A stretch of 25,048 bases of DNA from a virus. Its lineage: Duplodnaviria; Caudoviricetes. This document shows positions 24,049 to 25,048 of the stretch, in pieces. The stretch lies in IMG/VR virus record IMGVR_UViG_3300037558_000423, positions 1 through 25,048 of that record. One strand, given 5' to 3'. Below the pieces are notes generated by a model that was not told where the DNA came from, ran no database searches, and was given only the letters and a program-made list of their open reading frames with translations. Each line of letters begins with the position of its first letter. The stretch's first letter is position 1. The position numbers and the translations under genes are program-made.

Positions 24049-24282
24049 ATGACTGTAGAACTAGAAGCATTAAGAAAAGAAAGAAACATTCTTCTTCAAA
24101 ATACTGATTGGACGCAAGCTACTGATAGTCCTTTGTCTGATAGCAAAAAAGCAGAGTGGGCTACCTATAGACAATCGCTGAGAGATCTAACTAAAACAGC
24201 TAGTCCAAAGATAGGAACGCAAGCACCTTACTTGAATAGTCTTGACCTATCCTCAATAACTTTTCCAACAAAACCTTCATAG
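24049..24282 (+). CDS. Phage tail fibre assembly chaperone
   Basis: LRKERNILLQNTDWTQATDSPL...EWATYRQSLRDL...FPTKP signature. Confidence 0.85.
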   Translation: MTVELEALRKERNILLQNTDWTQATDSPLSDSKKAEWATYRQSLRDLTKTASPKIGTQAPYLNSLDLSSITFPTKPS

Positions 24283-24291
24283 GATAAGACA

Positions 24292-24801
24292 ATGACAAGT
24301 ATATTAAAAGTAGATACCATTCAGGGCAAAACAGCATCGGGTACTGTGGCTATGCCAGCTGGTCATGTTATTCAAACACAGTTTCATAGTTTCACTACAC
24401 TAACAAATACAACAAGCACTTCTTACGTTGATGTTGGTGGTTCTTCATTTACATTTACACCAAAACTTGCATCAAGTGTTTTACATATTAGCTATAGTGT
24501 TCATGCCTATAGTTTTAGAAGTAGTGATGATAATGGTGGTTCTGTGGACATAAATGTTGATGGTTCTAATATTTCAGCATCAGGAGATAATAGGGAAATG
24601 ATGATTGATATTGGTGGTTCATCATCAATAGCTATTTTTGCAAGATTGCATAAACTAGTAACTGTAAGTGCTTCAAACACAAACGCAAAAACAATAAAAC
24701 TACAAATGCAAAATTTTACTAGCTCAGATAGTGGGGGATTTAGAATTAATGATGGCTCTAATTATACCAGTTCAATAAAAGTAGAGGAGATAGCCCAATG
24801 A
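24292..24801 (+). CDS. Small tail-fibre-associated beta-rich protein (paralog 1)
   Basis: SILKVDTIQ...PAGHVIQ...STSYVDV...FTPKLASS...SSIKVEEIAQ; a common marine podovirus fibre-cassette family. Confidence 0.75.
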   Translation: MTSILKVDTIQGKTASGTVAMPAGHVIQTQFHSFTTLTNTTSTSYVDVGGSSFTFTPKLASSVLHISYSVHAYSFRSSDDNGGSVDINVDGSNISASGDNREMMIDIGGSSSIAIFARLHKLVTVSASNTNAKTIKLQMQNFTSSDSGGFRINDGSNYTSSIKVEEIAQ

Positions 24802-24829
24802 GTATTGATAACAAAATTATGAGGTCATT

Positions 24830-25048
24830 ATGTCTACGTTAAAAGTCGATACAATTCAGGGTAAGACAACGTCTGGTACGGTGGCTATGCCAGCAGGTCA
24901 TGTGGTGCAAGTTCTAAGCATTACTAAAGTTGATGACCATTTTCAATCAGCGTCAACGAGCTTTGTCGATGTAACTGGAGTAACCTTAACTATTTCACCA
25001 AAATTTTCAACGAGCAAAGTTCTTGTTACTGTTAGTGGTGCCTATGGA
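24830..25048 (+). CDS. Small tail-fibre-associated protein (paralog 2), truncated by the window end
   Basis: MSTLKVDTIQGKTTSGTVAMPAGHVVQVLS...STSFVDVTG..ISPKFSTSKVLV; GAGG SD; frame stays open to the window edge. Confidence 0.8.
   Translation, partial: MSTLKVDTIQGKTTSGTVAMPAGHVVQVLSITKVDDHFQSASTSFVDVTGVTLTISPKFSTSKVLVTVSGAYG

Larger units (their letters stand above)
1..25048 (+). mobile_element. Podovirus-type phage/prophage genome segment (regulation, packaging, head, tail and ejection modules)
   Basis: Colinear terS-terL-portal-scaffold-MCP-tubular A/B-internal virion proteins-tail fibre order, tightly packed with overlapping stop/start codons; no host genes seen. Confidence 0.97.

Noticed and set aside
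24292-25048. Diversity-generating retroelement TR/VR pair (BPP-1-like phage)
   Set aside because: Differences between the repeats are synonymous, not adenine-specific, and lie at N-termini; no reverse transcriptase is present in the window.
1-25048. tRNA, rRNA, CRISPR array, integrase, lysis genes
   Set aside because: None recognised; intergenic gaps are few and show no cloverleaf or repeat-spacer pattern.

Overview
The whole window is a segment of a tailed-phage genome, with all conventional genes on the + strand. It looks like a podovirus with a T7/BPP-1-like virion module, of the kind common among marine alphaproteobacterial phages; the host is inferred only. From left to right: a Cro-like regulator behind an AT-rich divergent control region (suggesting a temperate lifestyle), a VRR-NUC nuclease, a DUF6362-like late regulator with a downstream promoter, small terminase, an amino-MTase, DUF3310, large terminase, several small Lys-rich proteins, portal, scaffold, major capsid, decoration protein, tail tubular A/B, four internal virion (ejection) proteins, tail fibre and a cassette of small fibre-associated genes. 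The most striking feature is the 1169-aa internal virion protein (15418-18927). It carries a ParB-like domain and a RelA/SpoT (small alarmone synthetase-like) nucleotidyltransferase domain, and two small genes appear nested inside its coding sequence, each downstream of one of these domains. One is an antisense 77-aa ORF (18722->18489) with a near-consensus sigma70 promoter (TTGACG-N17-TATACT) and an AGGAG SD. The other is a +1-frame 92-aa ORF (17579-17857) with an AAGGAG SD. Together they suggest a virion-delivered effector with overprinted cognate immunity/antitoxin genes. All family assignments come from motif recognition by eye, not from database searches.
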